DNA of 64,000 nucleotides from a virus. Shown here piece after piece: positions 17,125 through 26,502 of this stretch. Position 1 is the stretch's first letter; the number at the start of each line of letters is the position of its first letter. The notes under the pieces were generated by a model, which made no database searches, was not told the DNA's origin, and was given only the letters and a program-made list of their open reading frames with translations. Location: positions 23,528 through 87,527 of the IMG/VR virus record IMGVR_UViG_3300046454_000714; one strand, 5' to 3'. Made by a program: the position numbers and the translations under genes.

Positions 17125-17615
17125 CCGCCGCCTGGCCGTTCGGCGACGACGCCGACGAACACGACCCGCTGACCAAGCTCCGCATCCCCGTCACCGGCGC
17201 CCACCCGATGTGGCGGTACATCGCCACCTTCGACCGCGACTCGGAGGCGCGGCCCACCGACCTCGAAGCGCAGCAACTCGCCTCCTACATCGAGCAGTAC
17301 AAGGTCTACTTCTTCGGTGCCGACGGCTGGTACAAGCGCAAGCTGGAAGAGAAGCCGTTGGACGTCGACGCGGTCACGAGGATCTTCCACAAGTGGGGCG
17401 ACGGCGACTGGTCCTACCGGATCGACACCTGGCAGTACGGGGCGTTCTGGATTCCGGTCGCGCCACGTCTGCGGCTCGGCCAGCACGACGACGCCAAGGT
17501 CGGACCGCTCACCCTCGTCCAGGTCATGGACCGCGACAAGCGCATGCACACCGAATACCCCAGCAAGGACTGGGCGGAATGGAAGGCCGCACACCCGGAG
17601 GTGTTCCCGACATGA
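17121..17615 (+). CDS. Hypothetical protein
   Basis: AAGGAG RBS, ATGA overlap. Confidence 0.7.
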   Translation: MTAAWPFGDDADEHDPLTKLRIPVTGAHPMWRYIATFDRDSEARPTDLEAQQLASYIEQYKVYFFGADGWYKRKLEEKPLDVDAVTRIFHKWGDGDWSYRIDTWQYGAFWIPVAPRLRLGQHDDAKVGPLTLVQVMDRDKRMHTEYPSKDWAEWKAAHPEVFPT

Positions 17616-17842
17616 GCAAGATGCTGCCGATCGGCGCGAGGGTCCGCGTCACCCCGATCACCATCACCCACCTCGACGGAACCTCCAGCACCGACGAGCC
17701 GTACAACGCCGTCATCGTCGGCTACGACATGGGCCGCACCAAGTACCGCCTCGACAGGGAAATCTGGGACGGCCTCTACGCCACCGGCGGCCACACCTGG
17801 GCATTCCGAAAGGAAGTCGCTGCAGCGGGAGACGCCCCGTGA
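17612..17842 (+). CDS. Hypothetical protein
   Basis: ATGA overlap. Confidence 0.65.
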   Translation: MSKMLPIGARVRVTPITITHLDGTSSTDEPYNAVIVGYDMGRTKYRLDREIWDGLYATGGHTWAFRKEVAAAGDAP

Positions 17843-17918
17843 ACCGCCCCCCGTCCGCGAAAGCCGCCGTTGCCGGGCTGCTCGCCTGGGAACAGCGGGC
17901 GACGAGGAAGCCGCGCAC

Positions 17919-18110
17919 ATGACCCTGATCCACACCCACGCCGACGACCTGCGCCTTGGCGATGTCATCGTCCACGCTGACGGCGAAACCACCGTCCGCG
18001 AACTCGACCGCAGCGCCCCACCCGCCATCGTCGTCAACCCCGGCAGCAGCGACCAGATGAGCGGCTACCTGTGGGAACGCGTGCAAGTCCGGCGCGAGGA
18101 GCAGCCGTGA
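17919..18110 (+). CDS. Hypothetical protein
   Basis: ADDLRLGDVI. Confidence 0.6.
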   Translation: MTLIHTHADDLRLGDVIVHADGETTVRELDRSAPPAIVVNPGSSDQMSGYLWERVQVRREEQP

Positions 18111-18328
18111 CTGCCCCCGCCCCGACGCTCGCCGACGAATACCCGATCCCGGGCGTCCGGTTCGAGAACGGCCGCACCGAACACCACGTCCGCCGGCCCG
18201 AGGAGCAGCGGTGGTGGGACCTGCTGCACGCCGCCTGCGGGAAGAGCGGATACCGGGCGACCGGGTACGTCGTCGGGGCGGTCCGGGACTGCCGGGGATG
18301 CGCGCTGGCTGTGGAGTGCGGCACCTGA
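18107..18328 (+). CDS. Hypothetical Zn-binding protein
   Basis: HAACG...CRGC. Confidence 0.6.
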   Translation: MTAPAPTLADEYPIPGVRFENGRTEHHVRRPEEQRWWDLLHAACGKSGYRATGYVVGAVRDCRGCALAVECGT

Positions 18329-18419
18329 CTGCGCCAATGGCCCACCGTGTCAACGGCGTGCAGCATCATTGGCTCAGTAGTGCCCCCGTTCCCCGCACCA
18401 CCGCCGGAGGAGCTGCACC

Positions 18420-19127
18420 ATGCACGACCACACCCCCGACGACGACGGCTACATCTGGCCGACATGCGTCACCCCTCGCTGCGGCCGACAGTTGTGGGCC
18501 GACGAGCTTGACCGGTGGGCGTGCCGGCCCTGCGGCGACATCACCTTGACCCGCATCGCTGAACTCCCCGCCCTGTTCCGGCAGCTCGACACGACGGCCG
18601 CCCTGATGCGCGGCGCCCGACGCCCGGGCGGTGGCGGCTCGGGCTCGAAGACGCCGCCGATCCCGCCCCGGCTCGAAGTCCTCTCCCTGGTCGGCCCTGG
18701 CGGTGTGGCGGCCCGCCTGTCGGCGATCGAGGACGCCTGGCGGAAGGTGCTCGACTGGACGGTCTCACCGTGGCGCGGCTCCCCGGCGCAGGCCGTGCCG
18801 CAGCTCGCCAAGTTCGTGGGCGACAACCTGTTGTGGGCGTGCGGTAGTTACGAGGAGGTCGGGCAGGACATCGACGACCTGCGCAGGCTGCACGGCGAGA
18901 TGAAGGCCATCGTCGACGACGAGCGGCGGCCCGGGCGGGTGCAGATCGGCAACTGCCCTGTGCGCCTCGACGACGGGCCGTGCTGGACGCCGCTCACCGC
19001 CCGCGCCGACAGTCACCGCGTCCACTGCCCGGGCTGCAAGACGAAGTGGGAGACGATCGGGGAGTGGCGGGAACTGCGGGCCGCGCAAGAAGCCGTGCTC
19101 GCCGAAGCGGCAGGAGTCGCGGCGTGA
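18420..19127 (+). CDS. Cys-rich phage regulatory protein (possible late activator)
   Basis: N- and C-terminal CxxC pairs; SGSKTPPIPPRLEVL; located at the end of the early region. Confidence 0.65.
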   Translation: MHDHTPDDDGYIWPTCVTPRCGRQLWADELDRWACRPCGDITLTRIAELPALFRQLDTTAALMRGARRPGGGGSGSKTPPIPPRLEVLSLVGPGGVAARLSAIEDAWRKVLDWTVSPWRGSPAQAVPQLAKFVGDNLLWACGSYEEVGQDIDDLRRLHGEMKAIVDDERRPGRVQIGNCPVRLDDGPCWTPLTARADSHRVHCPGCKTKWETIGEWRELRAAQEAVLAEAAGVAA

Positions 19128-19357
19128 CGGATCGCAATGAGGCTCGGCAGCGACTGATCGAGACTCTCAACGAAGAGCACAACCCCTCCTACTTCGGCGA
19201 CGATTCACGCGATGCCGAGCGGCTCGTCAACGACTTCGCCCACGAACTCGCCGAGCAGATCCGCAACGCACCCGAGCCCTCCCAGGCATGGGACGACCAC
19301 TACTTCAAGGGCGAGGAAAACGCAGCGAATCTGATCGACCCAGAGGTGCAGCCATGA
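19124..19357 (+). CDS. Hypothetical protein
   Basis: FAHELAEQIR...AANLIDPE. Confidence 0.7.
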   Translation: MTDRNEARQRLIETLNEEHNPSYFGDDSRDAERLVNDFAHELAEQIRNAPEPSQAWDDHYFKGEENAANLIDPEVQP

Positions 19358-19551
19358 GTGAGCGATCCGAGAACTTCATCTGGACCAGCGGCATCCTGGC
19401 CCTCGGCCTCGCTGGCTTGGGCACCGGGGCGTGGGTGACTACAGTCGGAGGCAGGTACATCGCCCCGGGCGCACTGGCCGTACTCTGTGGAATCTTCCTG
19501 GTCTTCATGGCCTTCGCGGGGCGGCGACACGAAGACGGTGTTGGATCGTGA
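19354..19551 (+). CDS. Small membrane protein
   Basis: Two hydrophobic helices. Confidence 0.6.
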   Translation: MSERSENFIWTSGILALGLAGLGTGAWVTTVGGRYIAPGALAVLCGIFLVFMAFAGRRHEDGVGS

Positions 19552-19775
19552 GCGACGACTTCGTAGCCCGCTACTACCAGTACCACCGGCTCCACGAAAT
19601 GCCCTGCGAGGACATCGAGGACGCGATCGGCTTCCTCGCCGCAGGAGTCGACAATGGGAAATGCGTTCCGGAGGACGTCACCCAGCCAGACGGGACCGTG
19701 GTCCTGGACCATGCGCAGACCCTCAGGCGCATCGAGGCGATGCTCGAAGAGTGGCATCAGGAGTCGACCGCATGA
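19548..19775 (+). CDS. Hypothetical protein
   Basis: GTGA overlap. Confidence 0.6.
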   Translation: MSDDFVARYYQYHRLHEMPCEDIEDAIGFLAAGVDNGKCVPEDVTQPDGTVVLDHAQTLRRIEAMLEEWHQESTA

Positions 19776-20155
19776 GCCAGATAGCCGATTTCCTCCGCGC
19801 CCGCTACGCCGAGGATGCGACTGCGGTCCGGGCGAACTGGAACGGCAAGGGCATCACCTCCGAGCGATACCACGGCACACCCATCGACCCGGTACGCCTC
19901 CTCGACGACATCGAGGCCAAGGTCGCGCTCGTCGACGACCTGCTTGCCGAGCGGCATGAAGTCGTGGACGGCGACTGCTGGTACACATGCGCCGCCGCAA
20001 CCGAGGAACGGGACGGCGGGACAACCTGCGACGACGATCGGCTCGGCAAGCCCTGCGACTGCGGACGCGACGACCGCGTCAACCGACGACTCGCCATCTT
20101 GGCCCGGCAGTTCGCCGGGCACCCGGATCACAAGGGGGAGGAGTGGGCGCCGTGA
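19772..20155 (+). CDS. DUF6221-like protein
   Basis: IADFLRARYAED...DPVRLLDDIEAK...LARQFAGHPDHKGEEWAP. Confidence 0.75.
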   Translation: MSQIADFLRARYAEDATAVRANWNGKGITSERYHGTPIDPVRLLDDIEAKVALVDDLLAERHEVVDGDCWYTCAAATEERDGGTTCDDDRLGKPCDCGRDDRVNRRLAILARQFAGHPDHKGEEWAP

Positions 20156-20427
20156 CAGCCCCGCCGTGGGGTCATAAGCCGCCGCCCGTCGACGACGTCA
20201 CCACCTACTGGAACAGCGCGCCGCCCAGCATGTCACCACGCTGCGGCTACTGGCTCACACGCCACCACGACGGCACCTGGCGGGCCAACCGGTGGATCCG
20301 GTGCGAGGGATATCACGCGGCAGCCGAACGGCTCGGGGTGTGGATCTGGGAGTACCTGCATGTGCTCCGGCCGCTCTTCGGCGAGGGCGATGCGGCGTCA
20401 CTGACCTGCGCAAAGGCCCGCGAATAG
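20152..20427 (+). CDS. Hypothetical protein
   Basis: GTGA overlap. Confidence 0.55.
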   Translation: MTAPPWGHKPPPVDDVTTYWNSAPPSMSPRCGYWLTRHHDGTWRANRWIRCEGYHAAAERLGVWIWEYLHVLRPLFGEGDAASLTCAKARE

Positions 20428-20516
20428 ATCCAAAAGCCGGTAGAATTGGGGCAGTTGAGACCCCGGCGACCGTGCGACCGGTCCCGGGGCGTGGCCGACC
20501 TTCAGAGGAGATCGAC

Positions 20517-21338
20517 ATGGGTCAGGGTAACGCCTTCACCCCGCAATCAATCAAAGATCAACACGCAGGGATTCGCCGCAGCGTCGCCCCGCTGCTAGCG
20601 ATGATCGACACAGAAGACCCAGCCTTCAAGCACATCGCTGCGGCGCTGGAATCCATGAAGACGGCAGGTGTCGAACTCGACGAGGCGGCCATCTCGATCG
20701 CCGTGAAGCTCGGCAAGCAGAAGTACACCGAGGCGCAGCCGGAGGCGTGGAAGAAGCGGCACAACGAGCCGGAGCGCAAGTCCATCGTCTACTACATCCG
20801 GCGAGGCGACCTCATAAAGATCGGCACAACAGTCGACCCGTTCCGCCGCTTCAGCGGTCTGCGCCCCGACGAAATCCTCGCCTTCGAGCCAGGAGGGCCA
20901 GAGCTGGAAGCATCGCGGCATCGCCAGTTCAGCGCATGCCGAGTCACCAAGAGGGGCGAGTACTTCCGCCCGAGCGCTGCCCTGAAAGGCCACATCGAGA
21001 GCCTGCGCGAACAGCACGGACCGCCGGACCCTGCGTGGCCCACCGTCGCAACCCTCGGCTCGGGAAGCATTCGCAAGAAGCAGCCAGTTGAGCTTCCGGA
21101 ACCCACGACAGGCGAGATGGCCACCGCCCCCCAAGCGGCCAAGCTGCTCAACATGAGCGTCAGCACCATCCACGGCTGGGCACATCGAGGCGTCATCAAG
21201 GCCGCCGGTAAGGACGTTCACGGCCGCCCCAAGTACTTCGTCGAGCAGATGAGGTTCCTGATCGACAAGAACCGATCCTGGATGAACCACCGACCCCGCC
21301 GGGCGGCCGGTGACCAGGAAGTTCAGTCAGTGGCTTGA
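20517..21338 (+). CDS. GIY-YIG (T5orf172/MUG113-like) domain fused to a C-terminal HTH
   Basis: VYYIRRGDLIKIGTT...LAFEPGG..LEASRHRQF...GEYF; AAKLLNMSVSTIHGWAHRG. Confidence 0.8.
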   Translation: MGQGNAFTPQSIKDQHAGIRRSVAPLLAMIDTEDPAFKHIAAALESMKTAGVELDEAAISIAVKLGKQKYTEAQPEAWKKRHNEPERKSIVYYIRRGDLIKIGTTVDPFRRFSGLRPDEILAFEPGGPELEASRHRQFSACRVTKRGEYFRPSAALKGHIESLREQHGPPDPAWPTVATLGSGSIRKKQPVELPEPTTGEMATAPQAAKLLNMSVSTIHGWAHRGVIKAAGKDVHGRPKYFVEQMRFLIDKNRSWMNHRPRRAAGDQEVQSVA

Positions 21339-21396
21339 CAAGCCGGACTGTAAGTCCAATTCTTGATCGTGGAACACGAGTCACATCACGCTTCTG

Positions 21397-21427
21397 GAGC
21401 CCCCGCCGAATCAATGGCGGGGGCTCT
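21397..21427 (+). terminator. Stem-loop, probable terminator or attenuator
   Basis: GAGCCCCCGCC...GGCGGGGGCTC. Confidence 0.6.
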
Positions 21428-21448
21428 CGCGTTGCCTGGGGAGGTGAC

Positions 21449-21730
21449 GTGGTCGCCTACCCGAACCCTGACCGGCTTGAGATTCACTTCGCTCAGCTCA
21501 CAGGCAGCCGCGAACTCGGAGACCTCTGGGAAGCGGCCCGCGTCGCCGAGGTGAAGCCGGGAACGATTCGCGTCTGGGTCACGCGCGGAAAGATCGCGCC
21601 AGTCCTCGACGGTGAGGCAGGACAGTACTTCCACCTCCCCACCGTGCGACAGGCAGCAGAAGGCGGAGCCAAGCACCGGCCCGCCGACCCCGCAGCCAAC
21701 AGTCGCGGCCCCCACGCCCACGCCGCCTGA
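21449..21730 (+). CDS. MerR-type HTH protein
   Basis: EAARVAEVKPGTIRVWVTRGKI; GGAGGTGA RBS. Confidence 0.75.
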   Translation: MVAYPNPDRLEIHFAQLTGSRELGDLWEAARVAEVKPGTIRVWVTRGKIAPVLDGEAGQYFHLPTVRQAAEGGAKHRPADPAANSRGPHAHAA

Positions 21731-21950
21731 CGGCCCCCAACTCCTGCGCGGCGGTGCGCAGGCCGGGCCTTGAAGCGCTCAGCGCTCGGCCCACACGTCC
21801 GCCCCGGCCCTCAGCGGGAAGCCGGGGCGGACGAAGACCACAGACCGGGGCTGGCCGCTCACTCCGAGCCCCGAACGTCCCGCCGTCCACCCCTACGCCG
21901 GGCGGCGGGACTTGACCACCACCACCAACACCACAACTGCAGGAGTCGGA

Positions 21951-22172
21951 ATGACCATCCAGACCAACACATACGAAGCCCGCATCGACGAGCCCGGTAA
22001 TGGCGTCAAGACCAAGAAGGTCGACGCCGCGTACTTCGCCCTCGAAGACCGGCTCATCGAGTTCAAGGACACCGACCACAAGACCGTGTACGCCGTCCGC
22101 TGGGACCTCTTGCTCTCCGTCGAACGTGTAGAACTCACAGGCGGCCCGGTTCTGGCCGACTCCACGAACTAG
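21951..22172 (+). CDS. Hypothetical protein
   Basis: AGGAG RBS. Confidence 0.65.
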   Translation: MTIQTNTYEARIDEPGNGVKTKKVDAAYFALEDRLIEFKDTDHKTVYAVRWDLLLSVERVELTGGPVLADSTN

Positions 22173-22375
22173 GCGCGGGGCGCCCGTCGCTCGGAACCCA
22201 TGCTCCGGGCGACGGGCCCCACCAGCCCTGAGGGACGCCATGCGCCGGACTGTCATCACCGCCCTGTTCGTCCTCGCCTGGATGGTCGGCCCCGTCGTCC
22301 ACATCGCCGACGGGCCCGTCGCGCCCCGGCCGGTACTCGACGCGCCACACGGCGCCCGCCCGTAAGGAGACCGCC

Positions 22376-22495
22376 GTGGCCGACGAACACGTCCTCACCG
22401 TCACCGTCGAAGCATCCGGCGAAGTCACCCCCGCACCCCAGAAGCCCGACGCCGTCGAGCCCACCACGGAAGACGAGGAACTGACCGATGGCTGA
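22376..22495 (+). CDS. 39-aa acidic peptide
   Basis: TAAGGAG RBS; VADEHVLTVTVEASGEVTPA...; overlaps the next start. Confidence 0.55.
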   Translation: MADEHVLTVTVEASGEVTPAPQKPDAVEPTTEDEELTDG

Positions 22496-22886
22496 AGGAC
22501 TCTCCACCACCCTGGTCTCCAACTGGCTCAACACCCTGCGCGCCGCAGGTGCGGCCTTCGGCCCGGTCGCCGCCGAGTACGCACAGCTCCACACCGCCAA
22601 CCCGGGGGCGGCCGGCACGACGGCGATCAGCGCTGGCTCCGCGACCCGCGTCATCTTCACGCACGCCGCGTCGTCCGCCGGCTCCGCGCTCGCGCTCACC
22701 GGCACCAACCCGGCGTGGACCAACGGCGGGACGAGCGAGACCCTCACGGACATCTCCGTGTGGACCGCGGTGACCGGCGGAACGTTCCTGTACTCGGTGG
22801 CGCTCACCGCGAGTAAAGCTTGGGCGTCTGCGGACACCTTCACTTTGCAATCTTTGGGCGTCAGCCTCGCCGCTCAAGCTTCATGA
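22488..22886 (+). CDS. Small virion fibre or structural subunit
   Basis: YAQLHTANPGAAGT...ISVWTAVTGGTFL, a beta-rich phage structural family. Confidence 0.7.
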   Translation: MAEGLSTTLVSNWLNTLRAAGAAFGPVAAEYAQLHTANPGAAGTTAISAGSATRVIFTHAASSAGSALALTGTNPAWTNGGTSETLTDISVWTAVTGGTFLYSVALTASKAWASADTFTLQSLGVSLAAQAS

Positions 22887-22924
22887 TCCTTAAGGTGGCA
22901 TAGCGGCGGATCGGAGACGTCGCC

Positions 22925-24424
22925 ATGACGACCTTCACCGACGACTTCAACAGGGCCGACGGAAGCCCAGGCGCCAACTGGACTGCCGTGTCCGGCACCT
23001 GGTCGATCGTCTCCAACCAGCTCTCCTCGGGGTCCGCAGGCGGCACCATCGTCATCCGCGCGACCGGCGCAATGGCCACCAACGACAACAGCACACAGAT
23101 CACGATCGCTGCGACCGCAGCGCTCAGTCACGGCGTGTTCTGCCGCGGTAACACGGGCTTCACGCAGGGCTATCTGTGGCGCAACGACGGCACGAGCTGG
23201 AACCTCTTCTCGAACGTGGGCGGCAGCTTCACCTCCATCGGCTCCTTCGCCGGAGCAGCCGTCGCAGGCGACATCGCCAAGGTCCAGGCGATCGGATCGA
23301 CGATCACCGGCTACGTCAACGGCGTCGCCCGCGTCACCGTCACCAACACGGCCGTCACCACCGGTACGACCGTCGGCATTCGCGCCGAGTCGAGCAACTC
23401 GCTGAGGTTCGACAACTTCACCGGCGCTGACGCCACCTCCGGAGTCTCCGGCGATGCGGCACTGGCTGCCACCGCCACGCTCTCCGCAACCGGCACCCGC
23501 TCCACCAGTGGTGACGCGGCCCTGGCCTCCACCGCAGCCTTCACCGCGGCGGGCGTGCGGTCCACCACTGCCGACGCAGCCCTCAACACGACGGCCACCC
23601 TGGCCGCTTCGGGAATCCGTACCACAGCAGGCGATGCGGCACTCACGGCCACAGCCAGCCTCACCGCATCCGGGGTGCGCACCACCAGTGGCGACAGCGG
23701 ACTGACCGCCACGGCCAGCCTCACCGCCAGCGGAACCCGCTCGACATCCACCGGCGCGGCCCTCGCCGCAACGGCAGCCCTGACTGCGAGCGGAGCCGTA
23801 ACCACCAACGGCGACGCCGCCCTTGCAGCGACGGCAACCCTGACCGCCGCCGGGCAGCGGACGACGGCCGGCGATACCGCCCTCACCGCCACCGCATCGT
23901 TCACGGCGGACGGGCAGCGCACCACTACCGCCGACGCGGGCCTCGCAGCCACCGCCTCCCTATCCGCGAGTGGCACCCGCAGCGCCGCGGCCGACGCCAG
24001 CCTCGCCGCAACGGCAGACCTGACCGCGCAGGGACAGGTCACCCACAATGCTGCCGCCGCCCTCGCAGCCACAGCCACCTTCACGGCCGACGGAAGCATC
24101 GGCGCGGCGCCAGTCGCCGGGGACGCCGCCCTGAACGCGGCGGCCACCTTCACTGCGGCCGGTATCCGGACGGCATCTGCGGCAGCCAGCCTCACCGTGA
24201 CCGCGGCACTCACCGCAGCAGGCACCACGACGCTCGCAGGCACGGCAGGCATTGCCGTCACGGCCACGCTCACAGCGAGCGGGACAGTGCAGTCCGCCCA
24301 CGACGACATCGACGTCACCGTTGGCGCTCCCTACAGCCCGTGGTCCGTCGGTGCTCCGCAGCGTGAGGCGTGGCCCGTGGCCGAACCGCAGCACGCACCC
24401 TGGCTCGTCGGCCAACCCCAGTGA
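22925..24424 (+). CDS. Fibre-like protein: N-terminal lectin-like beta domain plus 14 x 20-aa Ala/Thr repeats
   Basis: FTDDFNRADG...LRFDNFTG followed by GDAALAATATLTAxG repeats. Confidence 0.75.
   Translation: MTTFTDDFNRADGSPGANWTAVSGTWSIVSNQLSSGSAGGTIVIRATGAMATNDNSTQITIAATAALSHGVFCRGNTGFTQGYLWRNDGTSWNLFSNVGGSFTSIGSFAGAAVAGDIAKVQAIGSTITGYVNGVARVTVTNTAVTTGTTVGIRAESSNSLRFDNFTGADATSGVSGDAALAATATLSATGTRSTSGDAALASTAAFTAAGVRSTTADAALNTTATLAASGIRTTAGDAALTATASLTASGVRTTSGDSGLTATASLTASGTRSTSTGAALAATAALTASGAVTTNGDAALAATATLTAAGQRTTAGDTALTATASFTADGQRTTTADAGLAATASLSASGTRSAAADASLAATADLTAQGQVTHNAAAALAATATFTADGSIGAAPVAGDAALNAAATFTAAGIRTASAAASLTVTAALTAAGTTTLAGTAGIAVTATLTASGTVQSAHDDIDVTVGAPYSPWSVGAPQREAWPVAEPQHAPWLVGQPQ
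23447..24295 (+). repeat. Degenerate 60-bp tandem coding repeat, about 14 units
   Basis: SGDAALAATATLSATGTRST / SGDAALASTAAFTAAGVRST / ... Confidence 0.85.
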
Positions 24425-24435
24425 AGGCGGTGGAC

Positions 24436-24735
24436 ATGCAACTCCCCGCCACCACCACCGAGTTCATCCACGTCCCCGTCACCCCACCGGTCGGAGTCGA
24501 CGTCACCGGCACCCCGCCCAAGCTGGCAATCCTGCCCGTGTCCAATCGGGCCAACCCGGCGGCCGGCGACTGGATGACCGGGACGTGGGGCGCCGGACCG
24601 GAAGCGTTGCTCCTCGTCGGACCCGACGGTGGGGCGGTCGCGCTCACCGTCGGCGACTACCGGGTCTACGTGTCCTTCGATCCGCCCGGCAGCGAAAACA
24701 TCGTCCGCCAGTCCGGCTACCTCAGCATCACCTGA
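24436..24735 (+). CDS. Small Ig/BppU-like virion protein
   Basis: LLLVGPDGG..LTVGDYRVYVSF. Confidence 0.65.
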   Translation: MQLPATTTEFIHVPVTPPVGVDVTGTPPKLAILPVSNRANPAAGDWMTGTWGAGPEALLLVGPDGGAVALTVGDYRVYVSFDPPGSENIVRQSGYLSIT

Positions 24736-24827
24736 ACGCCCACCCCATCACGCCTGCGGCCAGCTACCGCAGGAAGGAAACCCCGGCGTTCCTGGCGCCG
24801 GGGTTTCCGCACACCCAGGAGACGAAC

Positions 24828-25430
24828 ATGGCCCGCATGCAGATCCTCCAACTCCCCGCAGGTGCCGGAGACGACCGGCCGCCCTTCGTGCTCGTCGTCG
24901 ACGAGTACCAGCCCCGGCGCTACGTTCTCGGCACCGGCCAGACCGAGCAGATCGTCGGCGAGTTCGACGGCATTGCCGAACGCATCGGCGCCCGCGCTGT
25001 GCTCACCTTCGTCGAAACCGTCGACATCCCTGCCAGCGAGAACGCCGTACAGGCCGAACCCCTGTCGCACGTCGACGACTTCACGGACCTCAGCGAAGCC
25101 AAGCAGCTGATCGTTGCGTGCGACGAGGCCCGCATGTGGGCGCGTCACGGCTACGAGATCGGCCAACGCCACTGCGGCTGGTCAGACCACGGCGTCGCAC
25201 CCGACTGGCTCACCGAAGGCTGGCCGTACAGCTTCGACTCCTGCGAACACCTCAAGCAGGCTGCGGAGTTGGATGAAGCCGTCACCCGCGTGCGTGCCGT
25301 GTCGACCGAGCCGGAGGCCATGAACGCCCATCAGGAGCGGGCCGACGTCTGGAGGAACGGCTACGAACTCGGTGTCCTCGCGGCGAAGTCCGCCCTTCGA
25401 CCGCGCAACGAGCCGACGGCGAAGCCGTGA
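24828..25430 (+). CDS. Hypothetical protein
   Basis: MARMQILQLP...PPFVLVVDE; AGGAG RBS. Confidence 0.7.
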   Translation: MARMQILQLPAGAGDDRPPFVLVVDEYQPRRYVLGTGQTEQIVGEFDGIAERIGARAVLTFVETVDIPASENAVQAEPLSHVDDFTDLSEAKQLIVACDEARMWARHGYEIGQRHCGWSDHGVAPDWLTEGWPYSFDSCEHLKQAAELDEAVTRVRAVSTEPEAMNAHQERADVWRNGYELGVLAAKSALRPRNEPTAKP

Positions 25431-25438
25431 GAAACGGC

Positions 25439-25876
25439 ATGATGCCGTCCACCGCAGCACTCGCAGCCACCTTCTGGGCGCTCGTCGGCTGGGCGCTCGT
25501 CGCCCTAGCGGTCGCCTCGCAGTTCAGCGGGAACCCAATCGCCGTCAGCGACACCGTCGGCGCAGGCGCAGGGGCGCTGGTCTTCAACTGTTTCGCATGG
25601 ATCGCATGGACCAGTCGAACGAGGCCTACTCCCGCGCTGCCGCCGCGCCCGAACTACACGACGATCGCCGTCCTCGAACACGACCTGCTCGGCATCCCGC
25701 CCGAGCCCGGAACGGTGGCAGCCGCCGTCATCGGGTTGCGCAAGGCGGTCGCGAACTGCACGGCACACCAGCCCGTCGACCTCACCACGCTCGGCCAGGT
25801 CGGACGGCGAGGCGTGTGCACGCGCTGCGGATGCGACATGGTGCAGAACGGCGACGGCGAATGGGCCAAGACGTGA
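25439..25876 (+). CDS. Membrane protein with C-terminal Zn ribbon
   Basis: Two TM helices; CTRCG. Confidence 0.6.
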   Translation: MMPSTAALAATFWALVGWALVALAVASQFSGNPIAVSDTVGAGAGALVFNCFAWIAWTSRTRPTPALPPRPNYTTIAVLEHDLLGIPPEPGTVAAAVIGLRKAVANCTAHQPVDLTTLGQVGRRGVCTRCGCDMVQNGDGEWAKT

Positions 25877-26124
25877 AGAAGCGCAAGGCGCCCAACCGGC
25901 AGCTCCGCGGACCGCGCGCCACACTGCCCCGCACCGAGACGCCCGAGCCACCGCCATGCGGACCCAACCCGTACCCCGAAGTCAGCAGCGACCCATGGTG
26001 GGCGCACAACAGCCACGCCTGCACCTGCTGGCACCAGCACGACGAATGCCCATGCAGCCTCGCAGCCCACGAAGCGAGCCACCTCGCAGCCGACTGCCCC
26101 TGCAAGTTCTACGGAGAACGATGA
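25873..26124 (+). CDS. Cys/His-rich hypothetical protein
   Basis: GTGA overlap. Confidence 0.5.
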   Translation: MKKRKAPNRQLRGPRATLPRTETPEPPPCGPNPYPEVSSDPWWAHNSHACTCWHQHDECPCSLAAHEASHLAADCPCKFYGER

Positions 26125-26426
26125 CCGCCAACCCGGCAGGCCTCACCTACACCCTCCACGTCGCCACGACAGACGGACGCCTCGCCATGGTCGACATCAC
26201 CGACGCCGTCACCCGCGCCCACTTCGTAGTCACCCAGCCCGACGGCACACTCGGCATCACCGGCATCCACGACGCACTACCCGGAGACGCCGACGCCAGC
26301 GCCGCCCACCGCATCATGCTCGTCACCTGCCAGAACCCGGCAGGCAACGGCCAAGTCCCCATCGCCGTCGACCCCGAAGCCGCGCGAGTGCTCGACGTCA
26401 TCGAGGCGCAGCGGGCCAACGCCTGA
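26121..26426 (+). CDS. Hypothetical protein
   Basis: ATGA overlap. Confidence 0.6.
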   Translation: MTANPAGLTYTLHVATTDGRLAMVDITDAVTRAHFVVTQPDGTLGITGIHDALPGDADASAAHRIMLVTCQNPAGNGQVPIAVDPEAARVLDVIEAQRANA

Positions 26427-26502
26427 CGCTGACCTGATCAGTCACCTCACGTCGGCCAACCACTAACCCCCAAGCCGGACAGACTGCGGACGGGGGAGCG
26501 CG

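Noticed and set aside
23447-24295. Possible diversity-generating retroelement or CRISPR-like repeat
   Set aside because: Degenerate in-frame coding repeats; no reverse transcriptase or TR/VR pair seen in the window.
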